64,000 nt of DNA from Octopus sinensis (taxonomy: Eukaryota), in contig NC_043013.1 in assembly GCF_006345805.1 (NCBI RefSeq), positions 27,404,001 through 27,468,000 on the forward strand. The letters are read 5' to 3'. This document shows, in pieces, positions 49,601-62,040 of this stretch (the first letter of the stretch is position 1; the number at the start of each line of letters is the position of its first letter). The position numbers were made by a program, and so were the translations under genes. The notes beneath the pieces are model-generated. The model was not told the origin of the DNA. It ran no database searches and saw nothing but the letters and a program-made list of their open reading frames with translations.

Positions 49601-52600
49601 TTTCTGATATTCTAAAAGGTTGTGGTTGGGTGGGAAAGAGAGGTGGAGGTAATGACTTTGGTTAGTTCCTATGTCTAGCTAAGTGATAGTGGTGTGGAGA
49701 CATTATTGTATATAAGTATGGACTTGTGTGAGTGTCCTTGTTTTTTTTTTTTGTTTTTTTTACTGCATGTGTAAAAATGAGTGACTGATTGCAATAAACA
49801 TGTATTTATGAATTAAGTGACACTTACAAAAATTACAGAGCATCTCCCTGAAATTTGACATTATCAACTTCAATCTCAACAGCACCAACCTCATTTTTGT
49901 TATTGTCTGTGTCTGTGTTTATTTCAATGTCCTCATCAACATTAATTTCATCATTGCCAATAATAATAATTTTGTCATTGCCAACTTAATGTCATCACAA
50001 AGCAAATTTTGTAACATAAGGTGTGGCAATTTATATTATACAAATCTTGTAATTCTTTACAAAACTTCTTAATGTTTACATTCTTTTACAATTCTGTGAC
50101 CTAGGAAATGGTAACATTTCTGTTGAACAAAGCCTAAGTGAATTCAAAATCAAACTACCCAATGACACTTGCCTTGAAAGTGGTACACTTTCAGATCTAT
50201 GTGATTTTGTATATGCTGACCTCAAAAATAACTTCACAAACCCTGTGTGGCTTGCAAATAAAACCATCGTTACTCCAATAAATGAAGCAGCACAGTTTGT
50301 GAATGATTTTCTCTTGACCAGGATCCCTGGTGAGCTAAAAATGTACAGAAGCTCAGATACAGTTGATAATGAAACTCTGTACCCAGTCAAGTTCGTCAAC
50401 AAACTTACACCATCAGGGTTTCCACCACACATTCTCAAACTGAGAAATTTAGGTGCTACTAATGGACATTGCAACGGCACATGCTACATCGTCAGTTTAT
50501 ATGATCATGTTATTGAAGCTGAAATTGCTTCTGGTCCTTATGCAGGATTAACTCTGCTAATCCCAAGGATACCACATGTATCTCAAGAAATGGAATTTAC
50601 ATTTACATGCAAGCAATTTCCTGTCAAACCAGCTTTTGCCTTGACGTGCAACAAGGCACTGGGACAGACTTTTGAACAAATTGGAATATACCTTCCAACA
50701 CAATTCTTCTCACGTGGTCAGCTGTATGTTGCATTATTTAGAGTTCAAAAGAAGGCTAATGTAAAAATATTGGCTTAGAGAAATGGAAACAGAATGGTTA
50801 CTGACAATTGTTCCTGCAAGGAGATACTACTTTAACCCTTTTGTTACTAACTCGGCCAAAACCGGCTCTTGCTCTGTGGTAAAATGTCGTTTTCATAAGT
50901 TTTGAATTAAAATATTCCACCAATCCTTAGTCAAAATTTACGTTCCTAACACTAACTGAATGATAACTAAGTTATTTTACTATATTCTTTGTTATATTTA
51001 AAATAATTGAAAGAAACATAGAGCATCTCAAAATAAATACAGTAACGAAAGGGTTAAAGCAAAATATGCTTTTTGGCAAGTTTCAGTAAATAGAATCAAC
51101 ACAAATTATATGTAAAGTAATATATTTGTGTGGGATTAAATTGTTTTGGCATATTTCAACACATGCCAAATGAATGATATTATATTAAATCATTTTAAAT
51201 TTGGGTATATTTGAAAGAGTAAGGAAACATCATTCCCATGTGTTCTCACAGCACCAGATTTGTGTGTGCGTGTATCTCTATCCATCTGTCCATCCATCCA
51301 TCTATCTATCTCTATCTCCATCCACACCTATGTAAGTTATACCAATTATTAATGATTAATATGTATAACAGATTGACTCTTTAAAAAGTGAGAGATCATG
51401 ACTGATAAAATAATGAAAGCAATATTTACTAAGCAAGTGAACACTATTATACAAAGAAATAATTAGACATAAAATATAAAAATTATTAGAATTAGGAATC
51501 AAATGTGGATTCCCAATTCACGTTTGATTCCCAATTGCTAGCAATTGGGAATTGTGTGGCTAGGAGAAAACCATCTGCAGGGCAGTCTTTCTGCTAGTAT
51601 GTATAATGTGTATAGTAGGTTTGTTCACAAGCACACACAGATGCTTCATTTCAAATCAAACAAGACTACCGTTTCTGACAATGTAATTTACATGATCCTC
51701 AAATAATGCACACCATAGTTGCTTGCTACATTCTTGAGTCTTCAGTATGTCCCATTCACAAAGAAAGCTATCTACCTGATCCTGCAAACTTTTGCCTTAC
51801 GGAACTCACTTCTTATAGGTAATGTAGCCAACCATTGAAAAACAATGTCCTCTATCATCTTGAATTTCTCAGTATACTTAATGACCATCAGTACAGCTTC
51901 TGAGTGACCTATTTTTGGGAAATTTGGTGTAAGCAATGTTGTCACCTGCTTTGGCTAAACTTTCAGCATACAAAATTTTTATCTCCTTGGAGATGGGCAA
52001 GTTCATACCACTTCCACTACATTGTGTCCTACTTGTATTCCTCTTCTAATCATCTTTGTCTGACTCCTCAAGTGCTGCACTAATCATTACGCTCAGTCCT
52101 TCCAAGAATATTGCCTCTCTGGTATTCCCTTGCAACAGTTCAAGATAATGACAATGTCAGCATCTATTCACTGATCTATGAAGGTCTGCCTCTTCCTGGT
52201 ATGTAATAGAAAAAGTGTGTGTCTAAAAGTTTTCTTATATCAGTGTATCAAATAGTTTGTTTGGAACAAAAAAATTCCCAAATTCATTTTTATCAGCATT
52301 TCTCAGTGCTGTCTTCAGGATGGGAATGGTTTTTGTTTTCTGCTCTGCTTTTTATAGTGGTGACTGTAGAAAATCTTCTCTAGTGTAATTAACATTTTCT
52401 GAGAAAAACTTTACCAATTTCTACTGGTAGATATTCTGTGTGCCAATCTTTTCTTTTGAAGAAAAATGAAAGGGAAAAAAATGTTTCCACATTAACAAAG
52501 TTTCAAAAGTAGGAACAAAAACATCTGTGAAATTACTTAGTAAAAATATTTTGTATTAAGTTTTGTAAATTTTTCTGGTATATATTCAGGAAGTTTATTA

Positions 52601-55600
52601 CCCTGGGGTAAAATAGAATTACGAGCAATGAGATTTAAATAGAAATATGACCAAATTAATTTTCAGATAAGATTTTAGTTAAAATAATGCTTATTCCAAT
52701 GCACTCGTGGGCAAACTAAAACCAGGGGTACTTTCTGAGTGGCATGCCTAATAAAATAAACTACCTTGAATTTTTTAGTTGTGCAGCTTCACTGATGAAG
52801 AACCATGGTCAAAAAAAAAAGAAAAATCATTCAAACAAATAATTTAGAATTAGAAGTCTTCAACATTCACTGCATCAATTTTCACCACTCATTACTCTTC
52901 ATTTCTCTATAATATTAATTTAATGATTGATTTCCATAACCTATAATTGGTATTTTTATTCTATCTTCAGGCTTTTAACAAGTTAGCAAAGGAATATCAC
53001 CCTGATAAAAATCCAAATGCTGGAGACAAGGTAAATATTTCCTGCAGTTTTAATAATCAAATCCTGTTTTTGAATAGTAATTATTAAACGAAATTTAAAT
53101 TTAATTTTTCCTTGAAAAAATATTGTAATCTCACATTTGCTCTGCATGTGGAGATGGGTTGAACAGAATGATAAAAATAGAATTCCGTCAAAGGGGGTCA
53201 TCGATTCTGACCTGCTATGGCTGTAGTGAAGTAGTTTACTGCTACACAAGGATGAAAAGCAAAAATGATTGTAGTAGAATTTCTTTGTAATTTTAAGATA
53301 TATTAATACTGTAAAGTATGAACAGGATTGATCTTGTTTAATTGGGTGCCTAGAACATGTCTTTAAATCATGCTATGGCTGACATCCACTTCCATATGTA
53401 TTTTAAATAATGGATGTAAAACTCAGATTAACAAAGCCATTGTATGATTAACCTGTTAGCATTTAGACTGGCCATATCCAAAAGGTCTGGCCTCTAACAC
53501 ATACCCTACAATGTCATTGTAAAAATCACAATCATGTCATCAGAATCTTGAAGCAATGATTAATTCAAAATAATGTGAATAAATAAGAACATTATATGTG
53601 ACAGAGTAATCTGAATTATAATGGGTTGACTTTGATTTTCTTTGTGTCCTGGGTTTTACTTTTGTTTACCATGTTTCTCTTAATATACACTGCTTTCATT
53701 TCAATTAGCAATGAAAATAACAGTTTAGTAAATGTCATTATTAAACTGGTGATTGGAACATAATTAGTATGGAATTTTGATGGAAGGTTTTAATTTTGAT
53801 CACTTGAAAACATGAATAAAATTTGTATCATAGAACCAGAATTGTCTCAGCTGGGTTAGTATCAAAAGGATTAAAAATGAGCTCTACAAAATATTTTCAT
53901 TGGCTGTGAAACTTCAAATCCATATTCAATAGACACTGCTTATTAATCTTCTAACGCTGGTACCACTCTTAGGAGGTACAGAGATGTTTTCATTTCTGAA
54001 TATTCTTTAGATAGGAAAAAAAGTTTCAAATGGAATTTCTTACAGCTTTTAGATTTGTTCAATATAATAACAAGCTGCATCTCTTTTCTCTTTGCAAACT
54101 CTCTAGTATCTTACATGTCTACAATAAGCAAGTTAACTGTTGAACTGTTAAGTATACATTGAAGTTTACCAGAAGTATTTAGTATTCAAAACCATTACAA
54201 TTTATTTTTGATGTTAACTTGAATTTTTTTCCTTTCTATCAGTTCAAAGAAATCAATTATGCTCATGAAGTTCTTTCCAACCCAGAAAAAAGAAGAATTT
54301 ATGATCATTATGGTATCCAAGGCTTACAAGAAGGCGTTGGTTCAGGTATTAATTGAAATTATTATTCATCATCATCGTTTAACATCTGCTTTCCATGCTA
54401 GCATGGGTTAGACGTTTTGACTGAGGACTGGCGAACCAGATGGCTGCAACAGGCTCCAATTTGATCTGGCAGAGTTTCTACAGCTAGATGCCCTTCCTAA
54501 TGCCAACCACTCCAAGAGTGTAGTGGGTGCTTTTACGTGCCACCGGCACAAGGGCAATCAAGCAGTACTGGCAACAGACACGCTCAAGTGGTGTTTTTTA
54601 CGTGCCACCTGAACAGGAGCCAGTCCAGCGGCACTGGCAACGACCTCGCTCGAATGTTTTTCATAAGGCGACGCTGGTAACGATCACATTTGAATGGTGC
54701 TTTTTACGTTCCACCGACACGGAAGCCAGTCAGCTGCTCTGGTGGCGATCACGTTTGGATGGTATCTTAGCACTTCACTGGCACCGATGCTAGTCATCGA
54801 ATTTGTGAATTTGGTTTGATTTCGATTTCACTTGCCTCAATAGGTCTTCGCAAGCAGAGTTATGTGTTCAATGAAGGAAAGGTACACATAAGTGGGCTGG
54901 TTACACCCCTGGCATAGGCCATGAATTATGGTCTCACTTGGCTTGCTGGGTCTTCTCACACACTGCATATTTCCAGAGGTCTCGGTCACTAGTCATTGCT
55001 TCAGTGAGTCCTAATGTTTGAAGGTCGTGTTTCACCACCTCATCCCAGGTCCTCCTGGGTTTATTATTATTATTATTATAGCAAGGTGGTGAGTGGGCAG
55101 ACTTGTTAGCATGCTGGGCTAAATGCTTAGTGGTATTTTGCCTGTCGCTATGTTCCGAGTACAAAATCCACCGAAGTTGACTTTGCCCTTCATCCTTTCA
55201 GAGTCAGTAAATTAAGTACCAGCAAAATACTGGGGTTGATGCAGTCAACATAAAATAACTGCCCTTGTGGCAAAATTTGAAACTATCAGTTTTTTTTTCT
55301 TTTTGCAAAAATCAAGTTTTTAACACATTTTATGTTTAACTTTTGCTGTTGTTTGGGGTTTTTTTTTTGTCTTTTGTGACTAGGGATTGTGTGTGTTTTG
55401 AAAGGCAGAAATTGTATTTGAAGTGGAAACATAAAGAGACAAGATGTGTTAGTGTGTATCTTTACACCAATCAGTTTTTATAGAATGGTTTGATTACCTA
55501 AGAAATTGATTTGATGAAATTTTGATATTTCTGTTGTGGAATTTCATGCTATTTAAGATTTTGTGTTGAAATAATTGACATATTTTCTATATTTTTTTTC

Positions 55601-58600
55601 TTTATTGTAGGATCATTTCCATTTAGGGATATGTTTGGGGGTATTTTTGACATGGGTTTTATGGGTAGTCATCATCGACATAGTCGTCATCGAGGAGAAG
55701 ATGCTTTTCACAAATTAAGGTAAATTATAAGCCTTATTTTTTGTCATGTTTTTTTTTAAAGTAAAATATTGTACATTTCCAGTAAGTTTCAAGGTTAAAA
55801 ATATCTTTTGTAGAGTTCTCATTGAAGCAAGTAATTAATTATAAATGAGGATATAAAATTGTTTGTAATCTTCATTCATTTAACTAAATCCAACATGCAC
55901 ATTTGCAGACACCATACACACAACACCTACCATTCTGTCTTGTGATGTCACAGTATAGAAAAGTATAAGTGATGATTGCTTCCAATTATTACTCAACAGA
56001 TGAAAATAGAGGGCTAATAACAGAGAATAGCTGGGCATTTCTAAAGGACAACTTACTGTCATGAAGTGGGCAAATAGCTGCAAAGATTAAACCCATGGTT
56101 ATTAAGGCACTAAGGCAAGGAAAACTGCAAGATGGATCGACATTGCACTTTGTACTTGCTAGAAGTTTATGGCTGTCAATCTGGTGAGCAACAAAATTTC
56201 TTAACCAAGAACAATCAGCTCAAATTTATTTGTTGAAGGTATCTGACAATACCATGCTCAGTGTAGTGGGCGCTGAAAACTTGGGTATGGAAGAATGGCT
56301 GTATAATTCTGTTCACCTCCTGAATTAAGGTACTGTAAATGCAGATCATTTGAGTTAACCGAGGAATTTAGCATCCAAGTGATCCTCTACCCAAGATCTA
56401 TATTTCAGGTAATGTTTGATAATTAATTAACATTCAAAACATTTGCTCATAATTTGATTTTGGTAGAATTGCTTGAAGTTAAAACCTTGAACATAGTAGT
56501 ATAACTTTACTATTCGGGAAGCAAATAGTAGAAACTCAGTTATATGTTTAAGATACAATATTTACTTAGTTACTGTAAGATCTCTGGCAGATTTGCAGAA
56601 CATTAGATCTACATTGGTAGTTGGTTGCAGAGGTTTTCAATAAATAATTAGAGACTTCTTGTGTGTTACTGGAAGTTATATACAAGTTGTGGTATTTAAT
56701 TGATGTATAGAATTAGTGTGGTAATTGGTTTGTAGTGGCTAGAACAGAGTTGTTTTCTCTGCTGGAGACAAGTTTTTTTTTCTTTTTTGTACAAAAGACT
56801 GATTATTAAGTTTGCATAAGTTATTTTGTTTAAAACTCCTGTTAGAAAAGCTATGATAAAAGGCTATCCAGCTGTTGCCATCAGTCATTTTCCTTTAAAA
56901 TATGGTGTGATTTGAGGGAAATTTGGTTTTGTTTTCATCAGATTGACTGACCACTGAGAGACTCCCTCAGTGATACATGAGCAGTGATCATTGAAGATCT
57001 ACAAATGGCTGGATTAATATAAGCTTTGTGTTGTTTGTTTTGTAGTAATATATCACTGAGGATTTTGAGTGTATTTGATGGCAAAGTAGTTTGGTATCAT
57101 AGATAAGACTGAGGAGAAACAGTCATGCTTTTATGAAATTGAAATGAATGGTAAAAGTTGTGTGATATACAGATGTAAGTGAAATAAGTGATGAGCTAAA
57201 ATTTGGGTTTCGTGGGAGAGATTATATAATTATAGACAGATAGGTTTGTGCTTAAAGAAACCCATTCTACCCATGCTATCATGAACCATACACTTTTAAC
57301 TGTTATTTCTATTAACATATGCTGCCTTTGTTTCAATTAATTTTTAAAATAATGAATTTAGTAAAATAACTTTTCTAAGGGGCCTGAAACAAATTAGCAT
57401 AAAATTTTGATGGAAGATGATAATTTAGACCACTTTAAAACAGTAAGTTTATCATAGAATCTGGGGTGGTCTCAGGTGGGTTGGTATCAAAAAGGTTATC
57501 TCAGTGGAATTGCTTCTGACTTTTGTGCATGTTGGCAAGGAACGTAACTCTATGGATTCTAGTTTCTGAAAACATCTGCAAAGTAGCTTGCCTGTTCTAG
57601 TAGTAAAATTACTAAAATGGATAATTTGGTAATATACAACTACAAAATGAATAGTGCATAATAGATGAGATAAAATAAATTGCTTTGATTTTTGATAATA
57701 GTTAAAATAGAGATGTATGGCTTCATATTGCTTACACACTTTCATTCTTGATTTGATTTGTAATTATTCAGTATTGATGTATTTTACTTTCAGAGTAAAC
57801 TTAGAAGATTTTTACAATGGCAAAACTTCTAAACTGCAATTATCTAGAACTGTCGTTTGTAAAAAATGTCAAGGGTGAGTATAAAGCACCATTTCATCTT
57901 GTAAATGTTTTGTATTTTGTTTTTTATATCTATTCTGGTTGAGCAAAGAACTATTATTATAATTTGAAATCTCTATATAACATTAAGTTATATTTTTATA
58001 TAATTTTTGGTTATAATTAATTTTTAAGCATTGTTGTTTCTCTTCATTGTTTTGTCCTTTTTCAGAATTGGAGGTAAACCTGGTTCAGTAATGACTTGTC
58101 GTGGTTGCCATGGCAGGCGAATTAAGAAAAGTATGCGTCAGCTAGGACCTGGTATGGTACAAGAAATACAGAGTACTTGTTCAGAATGTAATGGTGAAGG
58201 TTAGTTTTATTTCTTCAAAAATGAATCCTATCAAAGCCAAGGATGCACCTAAGTGTCTCTTAGCTATTGAAATGCCATTGATGCAGATATGTGTTGATCA
58301 CCACCATAAAATCTCAGAGTCTCTAGCATGCACCTTTTAACTGTCCATTAATGTTTAATTGGTTGTTATCCATGTAGCCTAGCAACAACCTCCAGTATGA
58401 GTCTGGGGGGAGGGAATCTCTGCTGTTTGCTATCGACTGTCTTCTGCAGGTATGGATAGTATTAATATTTCTGTCACAGACAAGGGAGCTAGCTGGCAGA
58501 ATCGTTAGCATGTTGGTCGAAATGCTTAGTGGTATTTCGTCTTTGTTCTGAGTTCTAATTCCACCGAAGTCAACTTTGCTTATCATCTTTTCAGGGTCTA

Positions 58601-61600
58601 TAAAATAAAGTAGCAGTTGAGAATACTAGGGCTGATGTTATCGAATTACCCCTCCCTCTGAACTTGCTGGCCTTGTGCCAAAATTTGAAACCAATGTTTC
58701 TATCACAGTTTTTAATTCTTAAAAGTACATAATAAAAATTAAAAAATTCTTTTCTTTAGTTCTGACTTTTGTACTTAATGCTCAAATCTTTTATTCTGTG
58801 CATTTTCAGGAAATTACATTAATGAGAAAGATAGGTGTAAAGAATGCTCAGGACGCAAAGTGGTCAGTGAAGACAAGATTTTAGAAGTGCATATAGACAA
58901 AGGCATGAAAGACGGCCAGAAAGTCTGGTTTAGGGGAGAAGGAGACCAATTAGTAAGTACTTTACAGTTATTGAAAAGTTCATATTCTTTACTGTTTTTG
59001 AAACCTGCTTAGTATTTTTCCTTTACTTTTCTATCTTTCAGCCCAACATTGAACCAGGAGATGTCATAATTATTTTGACTCAAGGTGAACATAAACAGTT
59101 TTCTAGAGATGGAGAAAACCTTTTGTACAAACATACTTTGGGTCTAACTGAGGCCCTTTGTGGTTTTGAATTTGTATTGACTCATCTTGACAAACGGGAA
59201 TTAATTATTAAGAATGCTCCAGGAGATGTTATTCAACCAGGTTAGTATCCTTCATTAAAATTTTACTGAAATTATTATTTATTAGTTATTTAGCTTGTTA
59301 TCAGATGTTAGTTTTATATTATCATCATCGCTTAACATCCTCTTTTCCATGCCTGCCACCAACCCTCACTTATCTCCAAGTAGGGCAGTATTTCTCAATG
59401 GCCAGAAATGTCTTGGTAGATTGGAAACCAGGGACACTACTTGCATGATGGTGACATGCTTACAACTGTCATATGTCACCAAGACAAGGAAACAGTAACA
59501 CACACACACACTGTGTTTCTTTGAGTTTTTGTCTGCCAAATCCCCTCACAAGGCTTTGGTCTGCTGAGGGCTATAGGAGACACTTACCCAAGGTGTTCTG
59601 CAGTGGAACTGAACCTGAAACTATATGGTTAGGAAGCAAACTTCTTACCACACAGCCTACACCTATATATAAAATTGCTATAGGCATATATATTATGGTG
59701 GGGCTAATTTCATGTTAACAACTGCAACCTGGAAGATATGGCTCCCTTGCTTTCAATAATTTCGATCAGTGATATCATTAAATGCACATGGTGCAGGTAT
59801 AGCTGTTTGGTTAATGAGTTCACTTGAGAACAACAAGGCTTAAGGTTTATTTCTACAATGTGACACTGCAGGCTGGCGGGGTCCACTTTGGCTTGTGAGT
59901 GAATTGATAGACAGAAATCTTGAGGAGGCTGTTGTTTGTGTTTTCCTTTTGTTTTTATATTTGTTGCTGATTAAAAACAGTTACCTTTCACCTGCAAATG
60001 GTGTCACTGTTTGCAATGTTCCTCAGAAATATGTCTGGTCATTGATCTTTTCATAGTATGAAGGGCTAAAGGAAATATTGCCTTGCTTGGAGATATGTGT
60101 GCTCTCCATTAATCATTTCTTGTTAAGCTTTGTTTACTCTCTCACTGCTTAACTAACTCTGAATATAAAAAATATAAATTGTAAAGATAATTGAGAATAT
60201 TCCAGCATATTATATGTGATTAAACTATTGAACAAGCAATTTAATAACCTAAACTTAAGTGATGTTTATTTGTAAAAATGATCTAGATGATTTTTTTTTA
60301 TACTAGTTAAAAAGAAAAAAAAACTCTGGAAATTGCTCACAAAATCACTTTTTCTCCAAGAACTACAAGTAAAGAAATGTGTGGCACATGTTCTGCATAT
60401 TAATGAAAAGTATAGATTATTAAAGTTGGGGGGGGGGATATGCAGAATATTTGCAAATTTAAAGTAGTTCAGAGTTAGAAAAAAAAAATTGTCTCAAAAT
60501 GAAGAGTTTCATTGTCAAGGTGGATTGTTATGTGCGTAGACAGAGCAGAAACGAGGTAACTGGAGTGCATTTTGTGTGGTCTTAAAAAAGGAAAATGAAT
60601 GTAAATCTTATCTTATTCCATGATATATTTTTCTTAATTTTAGGAACTACCAAGGTTTTGAAAGGAGAAGGAATGCCAATTTATAGAAATCCTTTTGAAA
60701 AAGGAGATTTGTTCATTACATTCGATGTAGAATTTCCGTCAAATAATTTTCTGGATCCTACAAGAATGATTGTAAGTTGATATTCTAATAGCTTAAAAAT
60801 GTTGGATTGGAAGGATTATTTTTCTTCTCTGTATAAAGTATCTTAAAGCATAAACTTTGAAAATGCATTTCCTATCTATTGTTTTTCTCCAATTTTAATG
60901 TTTTCTTTCTCAAAATTTTATATTGTTGCTAAAAAAGAAATATTCTTTTTAAAATTAGATTTGAAGTGGGGAATACCATTTTTAATGTAAAATATAAAAA
61001 ATAACAATTATTTTCTCCCATTTATATCACAATTTTGAACAGCTGACCAAAGCAATTGGTTAGTCTGGGGCTAGAGTAGCAGTCACTTGCTGAAGGTACT
61101 GCACCATAGGACTGAACCTGAAACCACATAATTGGAAAGCAAGCTTCTTAACTACGCAGCTAAGCTTGCACCTTTAACTCTTTAGTATTTAAACCAGCCA
61201 TATCTGGGCAAAATATTCTTCCTCTTTTTATGTTCAAACTGGCCAGGTCCAGCCTCTCACATCTACCCCACAATGTTAATCTAAAAAAATAGTCCCATAA
61301 TCAAAATCTCAAGACCACAAGCTAAAAGTGGGATAAATTCAAAACAGTGTGGATAGATGTTACATTTGATAGAATAATCTGAATGCGAAAGGGTTAAATG
61401 TGAATGCTTTTTATTTGGGTTTCATTAAAAGCTATTTTAATTGGGGGGGGGGGCTTTTTGACAAGGGACTATTAATGAAATGAACAATCAGTTTGTGTTA
61501 GAGGGAAGATATTGTAGTTATTTTTGTAGCCCTTTAAGTTTTGTTTTTTTTTTTCAGTTGTAAAATTAATTTTCTAAGAATCCTGTTTACATACTATTTA

Positions 61601-61830
61601 ATCCTCAATATTAAAAAAAAAAATTTTTTTTTTTTTTAAAGGAATTAGAGAATTTGTTACCCGCCTATTCTAAAGTAGATATTCCTATGGAAAGTGATAA
61701 TGTGGAAGAAGTTACATTGGTTGAGTATGATGCTTCCATGAGAAATGCTTCTCGCAGAAATGAGGCTTATGATGAAGATGATGATGCTCATGGTGGCCGT
61801 GGTCCCCAGATGCAGTGTGCACATCAATAA
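34367..61830 (+). CDS. DNAJA2: DnaJ homolog subfamily A member 2-like (type I Hsp40); spliced CDS span, 10 exons, 404 aa
   Basis: Manually joined exons 34367-34435, 52971-53030, 54243-54345, 55611-55719, 57794-57874, 58066-58199, 58810-58952, 59042-59240, 60644-60771 and 61642-61830 (1215 nt, open frame, all GT-AG). J-domain with HPD, G/F region, four CxxCxGx repeats, CTD, and C-terminal CaaX CAHQ typical of DNAJA2. Confidence 0.95.
35700..36280 (+). mobile_element. Merlin (IS1595/ISXO2-like DDE) transposase remnant
   Basis: Frameshifted translation [59 protein letters not shown] fits the pattern GG..VEIDES..K.HRG..WV.G..DR..TL.PII..PGT. Confidence 0.7.
37620..37705. promoter_or_regulatory. 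Promoter-like motif cluster in DNAJA2 intron 1 (CCAAT, ZNF143/Staf-like, YY1-like)
   Basis: ATTGG at 37624; reverse-strand CTACCCATAGTGCAGTGCG at 37666-37684; AAGATGGCAGC at 37690-37700. Confidence 0.5.
40250..40571. mobile_element. MITE, 322 bp, 29-bp TIRs, flanked by an AATTTA duplication
   Basis: TAGTTTCGCACCAGACTCGATTTCAGTAC ... GTACCGAAATCGAGTCTGGTGTGAAACTA (2 mismatches); aattta at 40244-40249 and 40572-40577. Confidence 0.9.
44793..45025. mobile_element. hAT-family MITE with 8-bp TSD
   Basis: atctaacc|CAGTGGTTCTC...GAGAACCACTG|atctaacc; a partial relative begins at ~26980. Confidence 0.9.
46130..47830 (-). mobile_element. Decayed CR1-like LINE ORF2 (endonuclease-RT)
   Basis: Minus-strand motifs [27 protein letters not shown] and HTDDTK (cf. 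YADDTK); many stops. Confidence 0.75.
50101..51597 (+). mobile_element. Helitron 3' portion: PIF1-like helicase C-terminus, subterminal palindromes, CTAG end
   Basis: [63 protein letters not shown] (ORF 50245..50778, internal deletion); candidate terminus CTAG|T at 51594-51597. Confidence 0.85.
50833..51057. mobile_element. piggyBac-like MITE inserted in the Helitron remnant
   Basis: ttaa|CCCTTTTG...CGAAAGGG|ttaa; same family as 23355-23584. Confidence 0.85.
52971..53030 (+). CDS. DNAJA2: DNAJA2 exon 2 (HPD motif)
   Basis: ttcag|[20 protein letters not shown]|gtaaat. Confidence 0.96.
54243..54345 (+). CDS. DNAJA2: DNAJA2 exon 3
   Basis: atcag|[34 protein letters not shown](G)|gtatt; ends phase 1. 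Confidence 0.95.
55611..55719 (+). CDS. DNAJA2: DNAJA2 exon 4 (G/F-rich region)
   Basis: tgtag|(G)[35 protein letters not shown](R)|gtaaat; phases 1 and 2 match the neighbouring exons. Confidence 0.93.
57794..57874 (+). CDS. DNAJA2: DNAJA2 exon 5
   Basis: ttcag|(R)[26 protein letters not shown](G)|gtgagt. Confidence 0.96.
58066..58199 (+). CDS. DNAJA2: DNAJA2 exon 6 (zinc finger)
   Basis: ttcag|[44 protein letters not shown](G)|gttagt. Confidence 0.96.
58810..58952 (+). CDS. DNAJA2: DNAJA2 exon 7
   Basis: ttcag|[47 protein letters not shown]|gtaagt. Confidence 0.96.
59042..59240 (+). CDS. DNAJA2: DNAJA2 exon 8
   Basis: ttcag|[66 protein letters not shown](G)|gttagt. Confidence 0.96.
60644..60771 (+). 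CDS. DNAJA2: DNAJA2 exon 9
   Basis: tttag|[42 protein letters not shown]|gtaagt; overlaps ORF-track 60595..60780. Confidence 0.96.
61174..61397. mobile_element. Second TTAA-flanked MITE family
   Basis: ttaactctttag..ccagccatatct..gaatgcgaaagggttaa; homologs at ~24057-24235, 45143-45353 and 53448-53628. Confidence 0.7.
61642..61830 (+). CDS. DNAJA2: DNAJA2 exon 10 (last coding exon, CaaX)
   Basis: poly-T aaag|[62 protein letters not shown]. Confidence 0.95.
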   Translation, partial: ELENLLPAYSKVDIPMESDNVEEVTLVEYDASMRNASRRNEAYDEDDDAHGGRGPQMQCAHQ

Positions 61831-61969
61831 TGTATGTGTTATATATGATATGTACTGTATTTTTTTTTTACTGTAACTACAAATCATTGTAAATTCCTAT
61901 ATGAACTTATTTGGTTATATATGACTCACTTAACTCATTTTCCCAATCCCTCAAGAAAAATGATAAAAG

Positions 61970-62040
61970 AATAAAAGAAAAAAACGGAACAAAATATTGA
62001 TTTTTTTTTTTTTTTTAAATAAATAAATCTCAAATAAAAG
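61970..62040 (+). terminator. Candidate polyadenylation signals of DNAJA2
   Basis: Several AATAAA hexamers 140-210 nt after the stop codon. The site actually used is unknown and the 3'UTR could be longer. Confidence 0.4.

Noticed and set aside
50245-50778. Cellular PIF1 helicase gene
   Set aside because: Intronless C-terminal fragment with an internal deletion and decayed motifs, followed by a Helitron-like end
51620-52200. Possible decayed integrase/transposase on the minus strand
   Set aside because: No diagnostic motif could be read with confidence
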